Of a stretch of DNA of 64,000 nucleotides, positions 10,993-21,217 are shown piece after piece. Under the pieces are notes generated by a model. It saw nothing but the letters and a program-made list of their open reading frames with translations, searched no databases and was not told where the DNA came from. Source of the stretch: an uncultured Flavobacteriaceae bacterium (lineage in GTDB: Bacteria > Bacteroidota > Bacteroidia > Flavobacteriales > Flavobacteriaceae); NCBI GenBank assembly GCA_963816375.1, contig CAWFKK010000005.1, positions 7,345-71,344 on the forward strand. The letters run 5' to 3'. A program made the translations under genes and the position numbers. Position 1 is the stretch's first letter. Each line of letters begins with the position of its first letter.

Positions 10993-11286
10993 TGAGTAGT
11001 GAGTATGAGTAATGAGTATTGAGTATTGAGTAACTGAGTATTGAGTACTGAGTATTTAGAGTTTATAAAAGTGATATTAATATATGTCTTAATTTATATT
11101 TATTGATAATGAAACTGAGAACTGATAACTGATGACTGATGACTGATGACTGATGACTTGAGAAGGGAATAGTGTCTTTTAAGCAATTGTAATTGTTAAT
11201 TGTTAATTGTTCATTGCTAACTGATAATTGTTTCCTGCTAATTGTTCATTGCTAACTGATAATGTTTTCTGCTAATTGTTAATTGT
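10980..11286. repeat. Three adjacent heptamer tandem-repeat arrays
   Basis: (GAGTAGT/GAGTATT)n ~10980-11056; (ACTGATG)n ~11114-11158; (AATTGTT)n ~11185-11286. Confidence 0.9.
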
Positions 11287-11317
11287 AAGATTTAAAAGTT
11301 TTATGCCGTAGAATTAA

Positions 11318-11325
11318 TACATTTG
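11318..11325 (+). promoter_or_regulatory. Bacteroidota housekeeping -7 box (TAnnTTTG)
   Basis: TACATTTG 17 bp upstream of the GT2 ATG. Confidence 0.6.
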
Positions 11326-11342
11326 CACCGAATAATTATTTT

Positions 11343-12059
11343 ATGGATTACGAATTTACGATCATCGTGCCGCTTTATAATGAAGAAGATAATCTTTTAA
11401 GAGTAGAAAAGCACCTTAACGAATATATTGATATTGCCATTAAAAAGACTTGCGTACTTTATGTAAATGATGGTTCTACAGATAACAGCCAAAAATATAT
11501 AGAAGAAATTTGCCAGAGAAATGAAGCGATGCGTTTTATTTCTTTTGACAGGAATAGAGGCTTAAGTGCCGCTATAAAAGCAGGTTTTGATTATGCGCAA
11601 ACTCCCCTTATTGGTTATATAGATTCAGATCTTCAAACAGATCCCGAAGATTTTAATATTCTACTTCCCTATATTGAAGAATATGATCTGGTAACCGGTT
11701 GGCGAGATAATCGTAAAGATTCTTTCGTAAAGAATATGTCTTCTACCATCGCTAACGGAATTAGAAGAAGTTTTACCCATGATGGCATGGATGATACTGG
11801 ATGCCCTTTAAAAGTGATCAAGGCAGATTACGCGAAGAGAATCCCAATGTTTAAAGGTTTACACCGATTCTTGCCTGCTATGATACAATTACAGAACGGA
11901 AAGATTATTCAAGTTTCTGTGCGCCATTATCCAAGAATCGCCGGAGAAGCCAAATTTCATTTAATGAATAGATTAGTGGGACCGTTATTAGACTGTTTTG
12001 CCTATTTATGGATGAAAAGAAACTACATCAATTATAACGTAACCAAAAAAGATGAATAG
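11343..12059 (+). CDS. GT2 polyprenyl-phosphate glycosyltransferase (ArnC/DPM1-like)
   Basis: IVPLYNEEDN, VNDGSTDNS, NRGLSAA, DSDLQTDP, DDTGCPLK, HRFLP. Confidence 0.9.
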   Translation: MDYEFTIIVPLYNEEDNLLRVEKHLNEYIDIAIKKTCVLYVNDGSTDNSQKYIEEICQRNEAMRFISFDRNRGLSAAIKAGFDYAQTPLIGYIDSDLQTDPEDFNILLPYIEEYDLVTGWRDNRKDSFVKNMSSTIANGIRRSFTHDGMDDTGCPLKVIKADYAKRIPMFKGLHRFLPAMIQLQNGKIIQVSVRHYPRIAGEAKFHLMNRLVGPLLDCFAYLWMKRNYINYNVTKKDE

Positions 12060-12681
12060 CTGGCAGATTTACTGTATTGGGTTTGCAGCACAAATTTTAT
12101 TTTCCGCAAGATTAATTCAACAGTGGATTGTCTCAGAGAAAGAAAAAAAAGTCATCACTCCCGCTCTATTCTGGCAATTTAGCCTCTTTGCCTCGTTTTT
12201 ACTCTTTGTATACGGGTATTTACGCGAAGATTTTTCTATTATGTTAGGGCAGGCAATTACCTATTACATTTACATAAGAAACATACAATTACAAGGCGAT
12301 TGGAAGAAGATACCGCGAGCTTTAAAGATATTCTTATATATCTTTCCAGTTATTCTGGTAATCTACTCATATAACAATAATATTCTTGACATTCATAAAC
12401 TTTTTAATAATGAAGATATTCCATTATGGTTACTGGTGTTAGGGTCTGCCGCACAAATCATCTTCAATCTTAGATTTATATATCAATGGCTCTATTCTGA
12501 AAGAATGAAAGATTCTATACTTCCGCTTGGTTTTTGGATCTTGAGTTTAACAGGTGCCCTACTGGTATTAACCTATGCAATTATTAGAAAAGATCCTGTT
12601 TTATTTATTGGCCATGTCATGGGAAGTGTAGTTTATGCCAGAAATATTATAATTAACAGAAGAGAAAAAAGTCATGCCTAA
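12052..12681 (+). CDS. Lipid-A-disaccharide synthase N-terminal (LAB_N) tandem-domain membrane protein
   Basis: Two copies of the AQILFSAR..QW..SE...P..FW..SL motif. Confidence 0.85.
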   Translation: MNSWQIYCIGFAAQILFSARLIQQWIVSEKEKKVITPALFWQFSLFASFLLFVYGYLREDFSIMLGQAITYYIYIRNIQLQGDWKKIPRALKIFLYIFPVILVIYSYNNNILDIHKLFNNEDIPLWLLVLGSAAQIIFNLRFIYQWLYSERMKDSILPLGFWILSLTGALLVLTYAIIRKDPVLFIGHVMGSVVYARNIIINRREKSHA

Positions 12682-14320
12682 TAAAATTCATTTAAAACCC
12701 TATTACTTGCCAATCCTTATTATTGTTGGGTGTTTGGTTTTTATATCGAATTTGGATGCGCTTTATATCAACATTATGGAGGCTCGTAATTTTATTACGG
12801 CGCGAGAGATGCTCACCCATAATAATTGGATATTTACCACTATAGATCTTACTCCCAGATATGAAAAGCCACCGCTTCCCACATGGCTTACGGCTATTTC
12901 AGCTTTTATCTTCGGAATAAAAAGCATATTTGCATATAGGTTACCAGCTGCACTAATTTCCATTTTTATGGTAATTATGTTCTATAAATTTCAGCTTAAA
13001 CTGAACATTCAAAAATCTACTGCTTTTTTAGGAGGTTTGATCTTGATGACCTCCTTTTACATAGTGTTTTCCGGGAGAGATGGGCAATGGGATATTTTTA
13101 CCCATAGTTTTATGGTTGCCTGCTGCTATTTTTTCATTAAAATGCTGGAAGAAAAAAAGGCTCAATATCAAAATGCACTGATTGCCGGTTTATTCTTTGG
13201 GGCTTCCCTTTTAAGTAAAGGCCCGGTTTCGTTATACGCTTTATTCTTACCCTTCTTATTTGCCTATGGCATAACCTATAAATTCAAAAAATCGGGAACC
13301 TTTTGGAAATGTATCTTGCTATTTGTTGTTATTGGACTCTTAACCGGATCATGGTGGACGGCTCTGGCACATTATTTTGATCCTGAAGCTTTTGCAGAAG
13401 TTGCAAGTACAGAAAGTACGAGATGGTTTAGCTACAACGTTCGTCCAATCTGGTATTATTGGAGCTTTTTCACGCAAAGTGGAATTTGGACCATCCCGGC
13501 TTTTATGGCATTATTTTATTGGTATTTAAAATCTCGAGTTTCTAATTTTAAAGCTTATCGCTTCTATTTTCTTTGGACGATATTTTCGGTGATCTTACTC
13601 TCCATCATCCCTGAGAAAAAAAGTAGATATCTTCTTCCGGTTTTAATTCCGCTGGCAATGACTACGAGCTTTTATGTGGAATATGTAATTAAAAATTTCA
13701 AAACTAAATTCAGCAAATTAGAGAAAATACCGGTTTGGCTGAACTTTGGAGTGCTTACCTTAATTTCATTTGCACTTCCATTTGTTTTATATTTTGCATT
13801 AAAGCCACACATTTGGGAAATGACCTTTAGTTATATCATTTTCTCTGTTTTCTTAATAGGATTAGGAATTCTATTCGTTTATGGAATTAGTAAAACGAAA
13901 ATGAAATTGTTATTCTCCTTACAGATTTTAATGATTATAGGAATTCTTTCTCTTGGCTTTCCTTTGCTTAAATTGATAGATCCGGTTAGAAACTCCCCTA
14001 ATGTTGCAGATATAAGAGCTTATGCAGATAAGAACAACGTAGAATTATATGATGTAAGCGGACTTTTTCCTGAATTGATATTTGCCTACGGAAAACCCAT
14101 CCCTCTTTCTTTAGAAGCGTTTGGTGATACACTTCCTCATAAAGATAAATTTGGAGTATTGGTAAATGAAAATTCTACCCCAGATTGGAGAAATAGATTT
14201 GATGAATATCAGCTTAAGTTTATAGACACGCTTAATTTAAACCCTTCCATCTCCAAAGGAAAGAATTCTAGATTGATGCGTAATTTCTATATAGCTACTA
14301 AAAAAGTAAGCTTAAAATAA
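12674..14320 (+). CDS. ArnT/PMT-family (GT-C) glycosyltransferase
   Basis: MEARNFITAREM, EKPPLPTW, LSKGPV, KKSRYLLP; many TM helices. Confidence 0.9.
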   Translation: MPNKIHLKPYYLPILIIVGCLVFISNLDALYINIMEARNFITAREMLTHNNWIFTTIDLTPRYEKPPLPTWLTAISAFIFGIKSIFAYRLPAALISIFMVIMFYKFQLKLNIQKSTAFLGGLILMTSFYIVFSGRDGQWDIFTHSFMVACCYFFIKMLEEKKAQYQNALIAGLFFGASLLSKGPVSLYALFLPFLFAYGITYKFKKSGTFWKCILLFVVIGLLTGSWWTALAHYFDPEAFAEVASTESTRWFSYNVRPIWYYWSFFTQSGIWTIPAFMALFYWYLKSRVSNFKAYRFYFLWTIFSVILLSIIPEKKSRYLLPVLIPLAMTTSFYVEYVIKNFKTKFSKLEKIPVWLNFGVLTLISFALPFVLYFALKPHIWEMTFSYIIFSVFLIGLGILFVYGISKTKMKLLFSLQILMIIGILSLGFPLLKLIDPVRNSPNVADIRAYADKNNVELYDVSGLFPELIFAYGKPIPLSLEAFGDTLPHKDKFGVLVNENSTPDWRNRFDEYQLKFIDTLNLNPSISKGKNSRLMRNFYIATKKVSLK

Positions 14321-14871
14321 CCCATCAAATAGTGATGTAATTTATAAAACAGGTAACCAAGTATTGCTCCTATAAAACTTCCTGTTAAGACATCTAAAGG
14401 GTAATGTACTCCAACATAAATTCTACTATAGGTTACCAAAAGCACCCAGATCATTAAAAGATAAATCAGGTTCTTATAATATCGCTTCAAAATTAAGCTT
14501 ATAAAAATTGCTAAGCCCATAGAACTTGAAGCATGAGCAGAGAAATATCCAAATCTACCACATCTTACCGCAATAAATCTAGCATACTCCATTACCCCTT
14601 CCTGCCCACAAGGCCTGGGGCGCTGAAAGCCATGTTTAAAAACATTTGCAAGCTGATCTGTTGAAACTATAAGCAAGGTGACCATTACAACGCTTAAAAA
14701 CGTTCCTTTCAACCCGTAATTCTTATAGATAAGATATAACAATATAGCATAGAGCGGAATTGAAGTCCATTTATCTGTTATTAATAACCAGAACGGATCC
14801 CACGTGGAATTTCCAAGGTTATTTAAATACAGAAATAACTCCTGATCTAAAGCTATAATTTTCTCCAACAT
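14287..14871 (-). CDS. PAP2-family phosphatase (LpxE/LpxF-like)
   Basis: K-x6-RP (KHGFQRPRP), FSAH, SRIYVGVHYPLD. Confidence 0.9.
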   Translation of the reverse strand: MLEKIIALDQELFLYLNNLGNSTWDPFWLLITDKWTSIPLYAILLYLIYKNYGLKGTFLSVVMVTLLIVSTDQLANVFKHGFQRPRPCGQEGVMEYARFIAVRCGRFGYFSAHASSSMGLAIFISLILKRYYKNLIYLLMIWVLLVTYSRIYVGVHYPLDVLTGSFIGAILGYLFYKLHHYLMGYFKLTFLVAI

Positions 14872-14876
14872 AAATT

Positions 14877-15104
14877 TTAGTCTTCGTAACGTGAAACCTC
14901 ACGATCGTAAAATTCGTTGGCTTGCGTGATAAGATCTTCAGCTTCTGTAGCCAGTTCTTTTTCATCGCTTTGGTCAAAATCTTCTAACCATTCCACCTCA
15001 TCATCCTGAAGGTTGATAATAAATCTTGGGTATTCTGTATGAACAACAAAAATAGCATCGGGAAAATCTGTATTGTCTCCTAAAAGGAATTTTGGAAAAT
15101 CCAT
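14877..15104 (-). CDS. Small acidic hypothetical protein
   Basis: Clean 75-aa ORF co-oriented between the MATE and PAP2 genes. Confidence 0.7.
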   Translation of the reverse strand: MDFPKFLLGDNTDFPDAIFVVHTEYPRFIINLQDDEVEWLEDFDQSDEKELATEAEDLITQANEFYDREVSRYED

Positions 15105-15137
15105 AGTATATCTTTTAATTAGTTTATTCTTATTTTA

Positions 15138-16527
15138 TTACTGAAGTAAGATCGCCTCTTCTTTTGAGGCTTCATCTTCATTCTCTTTTAAAACTTCTTT
15201 TTTGCTGAGATAATTAAATCTGAAATATAGCATTAAGGCAGAAGCGGTAAGCCCAACAAAAAGACCCATCCAAATCCCCATGCTTCCCATGATCTCTTTT
15301 CTTCCGAAGTAAAAAGAAACCGGAAAGCCAATTACCCAATACGCTATAAAACAGATGAGTGTTGGGATCTTTACATCTTGAAGCCCTCTCAAAGCGCCAA
15401 GAATTACTACCTGAAGCCCATCACTTAACTGAAATAAGGCTGCAATGATCAATAATTGCGATGCTAACATGATCACCTCAACATTGCTAATATACAAAGT
15501 TGGTAACCAATTTTTTAATAAGATAAATCCTAAAGCAAAAACAGCTTCTATAAGAAATACAAGCAGAAATGTTGAAAATGCTATCCTTCTTAAGGCCTTA
15601 TATCTTTTCAATCCTTTTTGATTTCCCACTCTAATGGTAGCGGTAACTCCCAATCCAACTGCGATCATATAGGTCATAGATGCCAAATTCAAGGCTATTT
15701 GATTTGCTGCCTGCGGATTGGTTCCCAAAGTTCCCGCAAGAAAGATCGTTCCTGCAAAAATGGCAACTTCAAAGAACATTTGTAAAGCCGAAGGAAATCC
15801 TAGAGAGATCATTCTTTTAAAAATGCTCGTTTTAATAAGTTCTTTCTTACTCCACACAAAGTATTGCTTAAATTTTTTCTTTCTTCTCAAGATCTCCCAG
15901 ATAAACCATAGCATAAAGAACCTTGAAATTAGGGTTCCTATAGCAGCGCCTTCCAGGCCAAGTTTTGGAAAGATCCAAATCCCATAGATCAATAGAAAAT
16001 TGAAGATCACATTTACCACATTTGCTAAAATGGTGGCATACATGCTATATTTTGTTTGAGATAATCCATCGGCAAACTGTTTGTAAGCCTGAAAGATCAT
16101 TAAAGGAATCATAGAAAAAGCAACAATATTAAGATATGGAATTGCCAATTCTACCACTTCTTGCGGCTGATCTAGATAATATAAAATCGGTTTAGCGAGT
16201 AATAACAGCAAAAATAGAAGCACTCCATTCACAGTACATAAAATAATCCCGTGATGAAAATATCGCTTTCCTAGCTCAATATCTTTAGCTCCATCTGCTT
16301 CCGCAATTAAAGGAGTAATAGCAAAAGAAAATCCTATTCCTAAAGAAAGGGCTATAAAAATAAGACTGTTTCCCAAGTGAAACGGCGGCTAAAGGCGCTG
16401 CTCCTAACCTACCTATCATTAAGTTATCCACCAGACCCACCAACACATGTCCCAATTGTCCCATCATCACAGGAAAGGCAATTGTTAAACTGGTTTTGAA
16501 TTCTTTGGTGTAGGCCGTTAATCGCAA
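15138..16527 (-). CDS. MATE-family efflux transporter (frameshift near 16375)
   Basis: DNLMIGRLGAAPLAAVSLG, AANQIALN, TIRVGNQKG, ALFQLSDGLQV..LGALRGLQD. Confidence 0.92.
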
Positions 16528-16624
16528 ATCTTAATTTTTAAGCCGCAAAGATAGCTTGTTTTAGCTGAGAACCTTAAGTTTCTAAGACAATTTCCAACTA
16601 TTTCCGATTAAAAATCAGTTCAAC

Positions 16625-18031
16625 TTAATTCAAATCTGCAGAAGAAAATCCATATTTATCAACAAGATAAATAAGAGAAGTCATTGTAGCAGCTCCCAAT
16701 TCTAATTCCCTTTTATTAACCTGATCAAAAGTATCATTTTCAGAATGGTGATGATCAAAGTAACGTTGAGAATCTGGGCTTAAACCTGCAAGCACAATCT
16801 TGTCATTTTTAAGCGGACCAATGTCTGCACCGCTACCTCCAAGCGTAAAATGCTGAATTAAATAAGGTTCAAATAATGGGGCCCAGCTTTTAATTTGTTC
16901 AAATTGGGCATTATTAGCTTCAATAGAAAAACCACGTGGTGTAAATCCTCCTTCATCACTTTCTAAAGCAAAAATGTGATTCTCATTTTTTTGTTTTGCT
17001 ATTTCAGCATATTTAGTTCCTCCTCGAAGGCCATTTTCTTCATTCATAAATAGAACAACTCTAAGCGTTCTTTTCGGCTTTATGTTTAATTCTTTAAAAA
17101 TACGCAGCACTTCCATAGATTGAACTACTCCTGCGCCATCATCATGAGAACCATCGCCAAGATCCCAAGAATCTAAATGACCTCCAACTACAATATATTC
17201 ATTTGGAAATTCTGAACCTGTAATTTCTCCAATTACATTATAAGATTGCACATCTGCTAGTTGCTCACTATTCAGTTTAAAATAAACTTCTGCATCTTTA
17301 TCTACTTTTAAGAGTCCGCTTAAGTATTCTGAATCGTTAGTACTTAAAGCTGCTGCAGGTATTTTTTTAGAATCCGGAAGATCTCCATAACTCATGGTAC
17401 CGGTATGTGGAAAATCGTCTAATCTTAAATTCAATGATCTTATAATTACTCCTACTGCGCCATATTTTACTGCTTCCATGGCTCCAGCATAACGCTGATC
17501 TACCGCACTGCTATATGCATTAAAAGTATTTATCAAGTCGGCACGCATGGGCCTATTAAAGAATACAATTTTCCCTTTTATTCCTGCTTCTCCATATCTT
17601 TCTAGATCTTCAATACCTTGAACTTCTATTACCTGCGCTTTGGTTCCTCCATTGGGTGTTGCCACAGATCCACCTAAAGCGGTAATTTTTAGATCGCGCG
17701 TAACTCCGGGAGCAGTCTCTACATAAGAATATTCTTTTCCGCCACGCACCCATTTTGGCACCATAACCGGTTGTAACCAAACTTTATCCAGCCCTAAAGA
17801 ATCTAGTTGTTTCTTTGTATACTCTACTGCTTTTTGAGCATTTAAAGATCCTGAAAGTCTACCTCCAATTTCATTAGAAAGATGATCCAACCATTTATAA
17901 GATTTACCCTGAAGTAAATTATAATCGTATATTTTTCTGATGGTTAAAGAATCTTCTACTTGTTTAGAAGATTGTGCTTGTATATTTAAAACGGAAAGGA
18001 TTAATGCTAATCCTAAAAGGGATCTTTTCAT
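16625..18031 (-). CDS. M28-family metallopeptidase (carboxypeptidase Q-like)
   Basis: GGHLDSWD, DDGAG, NEENGLRG, ESD, HHSEND; signal peptide. Confidence 0.9.
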   Translation of the reverse strand: MKRSLLGLALILSVLNIQAQSSKQVEDSLTIRKIYDYNLLQGKSYKWLDHLSNEIGGRLSGSLNAQKAVEYTKKQLDSLGLDKVWLQPVMVPKWVRGGKEYSYVETAPGVTRDLKITALGGSVATPNGGTKAQVIEVQGIEDLERYGEAGIKGKIVFFNRPMRADLINTFNAYSSAVDQRYAGAMEAVKYGAVGVIIRSLNLRLDDFPHTGTMSYGDLPDSKKIPAAALSTNDSEYLSGLLKVDKDAEVYFKLNSEQLADVQSYNVIGEITGSEFPNEYIVVGGHLDSWDLGDGSHDDGAGVVQSMEVLRIFKELNIKPKRTLRVVLFMNEENGLRGGTKYAEIAKQKNENHIFALESDEGGFTPRGFSIEANNAQFEQIKSWAPLFEPYLIQHFTLGGSGADIGPLKNDKIVLAGLSPDSQRYFDHHHSENDTFDQVNKRELELGAATMTSLIYLVDKYGFSSADLN

Positions 18032-18093
18032 AAAAGAGATTTTTGTGGGGTTGCTAAATAACGAAATCTGCTACAGACAATCAACAATTAGGC

Positions 18094-18979
18094 CTATACT
18101 TCTGGCTTTTGGAGCAACATTTTATATTCATCTAAATTTTTCATGATCTCCGGAGCTAATTCTGGTTCTTGAACATCTTTATATTGCGATAAGTTTTCCC
18201 AAAGCACCTTGGCTACTAAATAGCGAGCGGTATCTTTATCATCTGAAGGAATTACATACCACGGAGCATTTTTAGTAGAAGTTTTTTGAATTGCTTCTTG
18301 ATAGCATTTCATATAAGAACCCCATAACTCGCGTTCTTTGAGATCTCCCGGAGAAAATTTCCAATTCTTCTCACTCAACTCTAACCTCCTCAGCAAACGC
18401 TGCCTTTGCTCTTCTTTAGATATGTTTAAAAAGAATTTAAAAATTATTGTTCCGTTTTTGGTTAAGTGATCTTCAAAATTCCGAATCTGTTCAAACCTGG
18501 ATTCCCAGAATTTTTCATCAATATCTTCCAAGACTGTTAATATTAGGAAGATTTTCATTAAGTAGATATTCCGGATGAACTCTTGTTACTAATACATTTT
18601 CATAATGAGTTCTATTAAAAATTCCGAATTTTCCTCGTGCCGGTAATGCGATATAATGTCTCCATAAAAAATCATGTTTCAATTCTAAACTTGTAGGCAC
18701 TTTAAAACTATGCACTACAACGCCGCGGGTATTAAACTGATTAAAAACTTCACGAATTAAACTATCCTTGCCTGCCGTGTCCATTCCTTGTAAACAGATA
18801 AGCACTGCATATTTATTATGAGCATAAAGTATATCCTGCCATTCTCCCAGTTTTTTACTGAGTTCCTTAAGTTCGTCTTCAATTTTATCTTCCTTGGCAT
18901 CTAAGGAAAATTTAGAGGAGACATTTTCTAAATTAAACTCTGAAGAGGCTCGAAATTGCTCAATATTAATATCTTTCAT
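18094..18979 (-). CDS. ppk2: Polyphosphate kinase 2 family (frameshift near 18530)
   Basis: QGMDTAGKDS, FNRTHYENVLVTRVH, KNWKFSPGD. Confidence 0.92.
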
Positions 18980-19059
18980 AAACTATTGTTGATACCTAAA
19001 GATACAAATCTTTAAAAGATGATTTTTTTTTATCTTCGCAACCTAAAGAAAATTAGATT

Positions 19060-19654
19060 TTGGAGAAGGAAGAAATTATAGATAAGGTGGCTCTTTTGCT
19101 AAAGGAGATCCCAACTTCAATGGATATCGTAAAAAACGATTCTAAAAGAGATGAGCGTTTTCGTTATTTGGCTACACACATGGTGGAAAAAGCCATAGAA
19201 AAGGATGCTTTAATTATTTCTGAAAATCAAAAGGGAATTGCAATTCTATTTAAAACAAGTAAGGCCGATGAGAATTTCTGGAAAGAATTACCTACTCAAC
19301 TCGGATTGCTTAAAAATGTAACCGGATTTAAGAAGGCATTAAAAATTCTAAAATCTCAGAATTACGTGAAATCTCAACGTCCACAAGAAGGCGAGTATTT
19401 ATATTGCTGGTTCTGGGGCATCTTGTCTGATGCCCGTGGTGCAGATACACAAACCGGGAAAGAGATGAAAGATGAATTCTATCGTCGTGCCGAATTATAT
19501 AAAATACCTCTTATATGCCGAAACTCGAATGCGCAAAAATGCGGTGGTGTATCAAAGATTTGGATTTGAACTTTTTAATGAATGGCAACACCCTAGTGGA
19601 GATACCATGTACTTTTTAAGATATATTCCAAAATCTATGAAAGAAGGAAAATAA
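19060..19654 (+). CDS. GNAT-like protein (frameshift near 19510)
   Basis: YLYCWFWGILSDARG then YAET...NAVVYQRFGFE. Confidence 0.6.
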
Positions 19655-19689
19655 AAAAAGCCTGCTAAAAATAAATTAGCAGGCTTTTT
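19655..19689. terminator. Bidirectional intrinsic terminator
   Basis: AAAAAGCCTGCTAA...TTAGCAGGCTTTTT. Confidence 0.85.
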
Positions 19690-19721
19690 CGCTTTATGAA
19701 TCTTATAATAAATAACTAAGA

Positions 19722-19794
19722 AGATGCTGAAACGAGTTCAGCATGACGGCAATTCTAATACTAGCATCGTCACCCTGAACTTGTTTCAGGGTCT
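19722..19794. repeat. Inverted pair of CGTC-type REP elements
   Basis: AGATGCTGAAACGAGTTCAGCATGACG (19722-19748) and CGTCACCCTGAACTTGTTTCAGGGTCT (19768-19794); same family as 4647-4745. Confidence 0.8.
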
Positions 19795-19940
19795 TTACTA
19801 TTTAATTGAATACCCTAAGGTAACTTGTTTTTGTATCAACAATTGATCTAAAAAAGATGCTGATATATATTTCATTTAAGGGGAAGAAGTAAACTGGATC
19901 TCCTCAATTATTGAAACAAGATTTGATTGATTCTTCTGAA

Positions 19941-21107
19941 TTATAATTTACTTGCAAAGAGTTTTACATCTTCTTCTGTAACTTCTTTTCCACCAAGAAT
20001 TATAAGTCGTTCTACAACATTCCTTAATTCTCTAATATTTCCGGTGTAATCATATTCTTTTAGAATTCTATAGCAGATTTAGTGAACTCCTTCTTATTAC
20101 TCCCATGTTCTTCTGCTATCTTTTCAGAAAAGAAATCTACCAATAAAGGAATATCATCTCTTCTTTCATTCAACGGCGGAACTTTAACCAGGATCACCGC
20201 TAATCTATGATATAAATCTTCTCTAAATCTTTTGTCTTCAATTTCCTTCTTCAGGTCTTTATTGGTTGCCGCAACAACTCTTACATTCACTTTGATATCT
20301 TTATCGCTACCAACTCTCGAGATCTTGTTTTCCTGAAGCGCTCTTAAAACCTTTGCTTGAGCAGAAAGACTCATATCTCCTATTTCATCTAAGAAAATGG
20401 TTCCTCCATTAGCGGCTTCAAACTTCCCTGCACGATCTTTATTTGCTGAAGTAAAAGCGCCTTTTACGTGACCAAACAATTCACTTTCAATCAATTCTGA
20501 AGGGATTGCAGCACAATTAACCTCAACCATAGGTCCTCCAGAACGATCGCTCTTTTGATGTAACCAATGGGCTACCAATTCTTTTCCGGTTCCATTAGGT
20601 CCGGTAATAAGAACTCTCGCATCTGTAGGCGCCACCTTTCTCAATAATTTCTTTGATCTTAGAAATTGAAGGAGATTCCCCAATCATTTGATAATTCTTC
20701 CCCACCTTTTTCTTAAGACGCGTATTCTCTACTACCAACTCTTTACGGTCTAAAGCATTTCTAACCGTATTTAAAAGTCTGTTAAGATCTGGCGGTTTTG
20801 AGATATAATCAAAAGCGCCGAGTTTCATGGTATTAACCGCAGTATCCAGATCGCCATGACCAGAGATCATAACCACAGGTACTTCCGGTTTTATTTTTTT
20901 GATGGCTTCAAGCACCTCTATACCATCCATTTTTGGCATTTTTATATCGCAAAGAACAAGATCATAATCTTCATCTTTAACTTTCTCAGTTCCAATAAGA
21001 CCATCTTCTGCTTCATCTACTTCATAAGTGCTGTTTTCTTCGGAAAGAATTTTGATCAACACTCTGCGAATTGCAGCTTCATCTTCTATTACTAAAATTT
21101 TTGCCAT
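19941..21107 (-). CDS. NtrC-family sigma-54 response regulator (REC + AAA+; frameshifts near 20635 and 20065)
   Basis: Receiver DIKMPKMDG; GPNGTGKEL, ESELFGHVKGAFTSA, FLDEIGD, FREDLYHRL, GNIRELRNVVERL. Confidence 0.93.
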
Positions 21108-21217
21108 TACAATGTTTTATAATTACAGCTATTAAGCTGAAAGCTTTTTATTATTCCGCCTAAATTTAGTCGACATAACTTAGAAAAATTAATACACGTC
21201 CTAATTTTATAGAGAAT

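Noticed and set aside
10980-11286. Possible CRISPR array
   Set aside because: The units are 7-bp tandem repeats with no unique spacers, and there are no cas genes.
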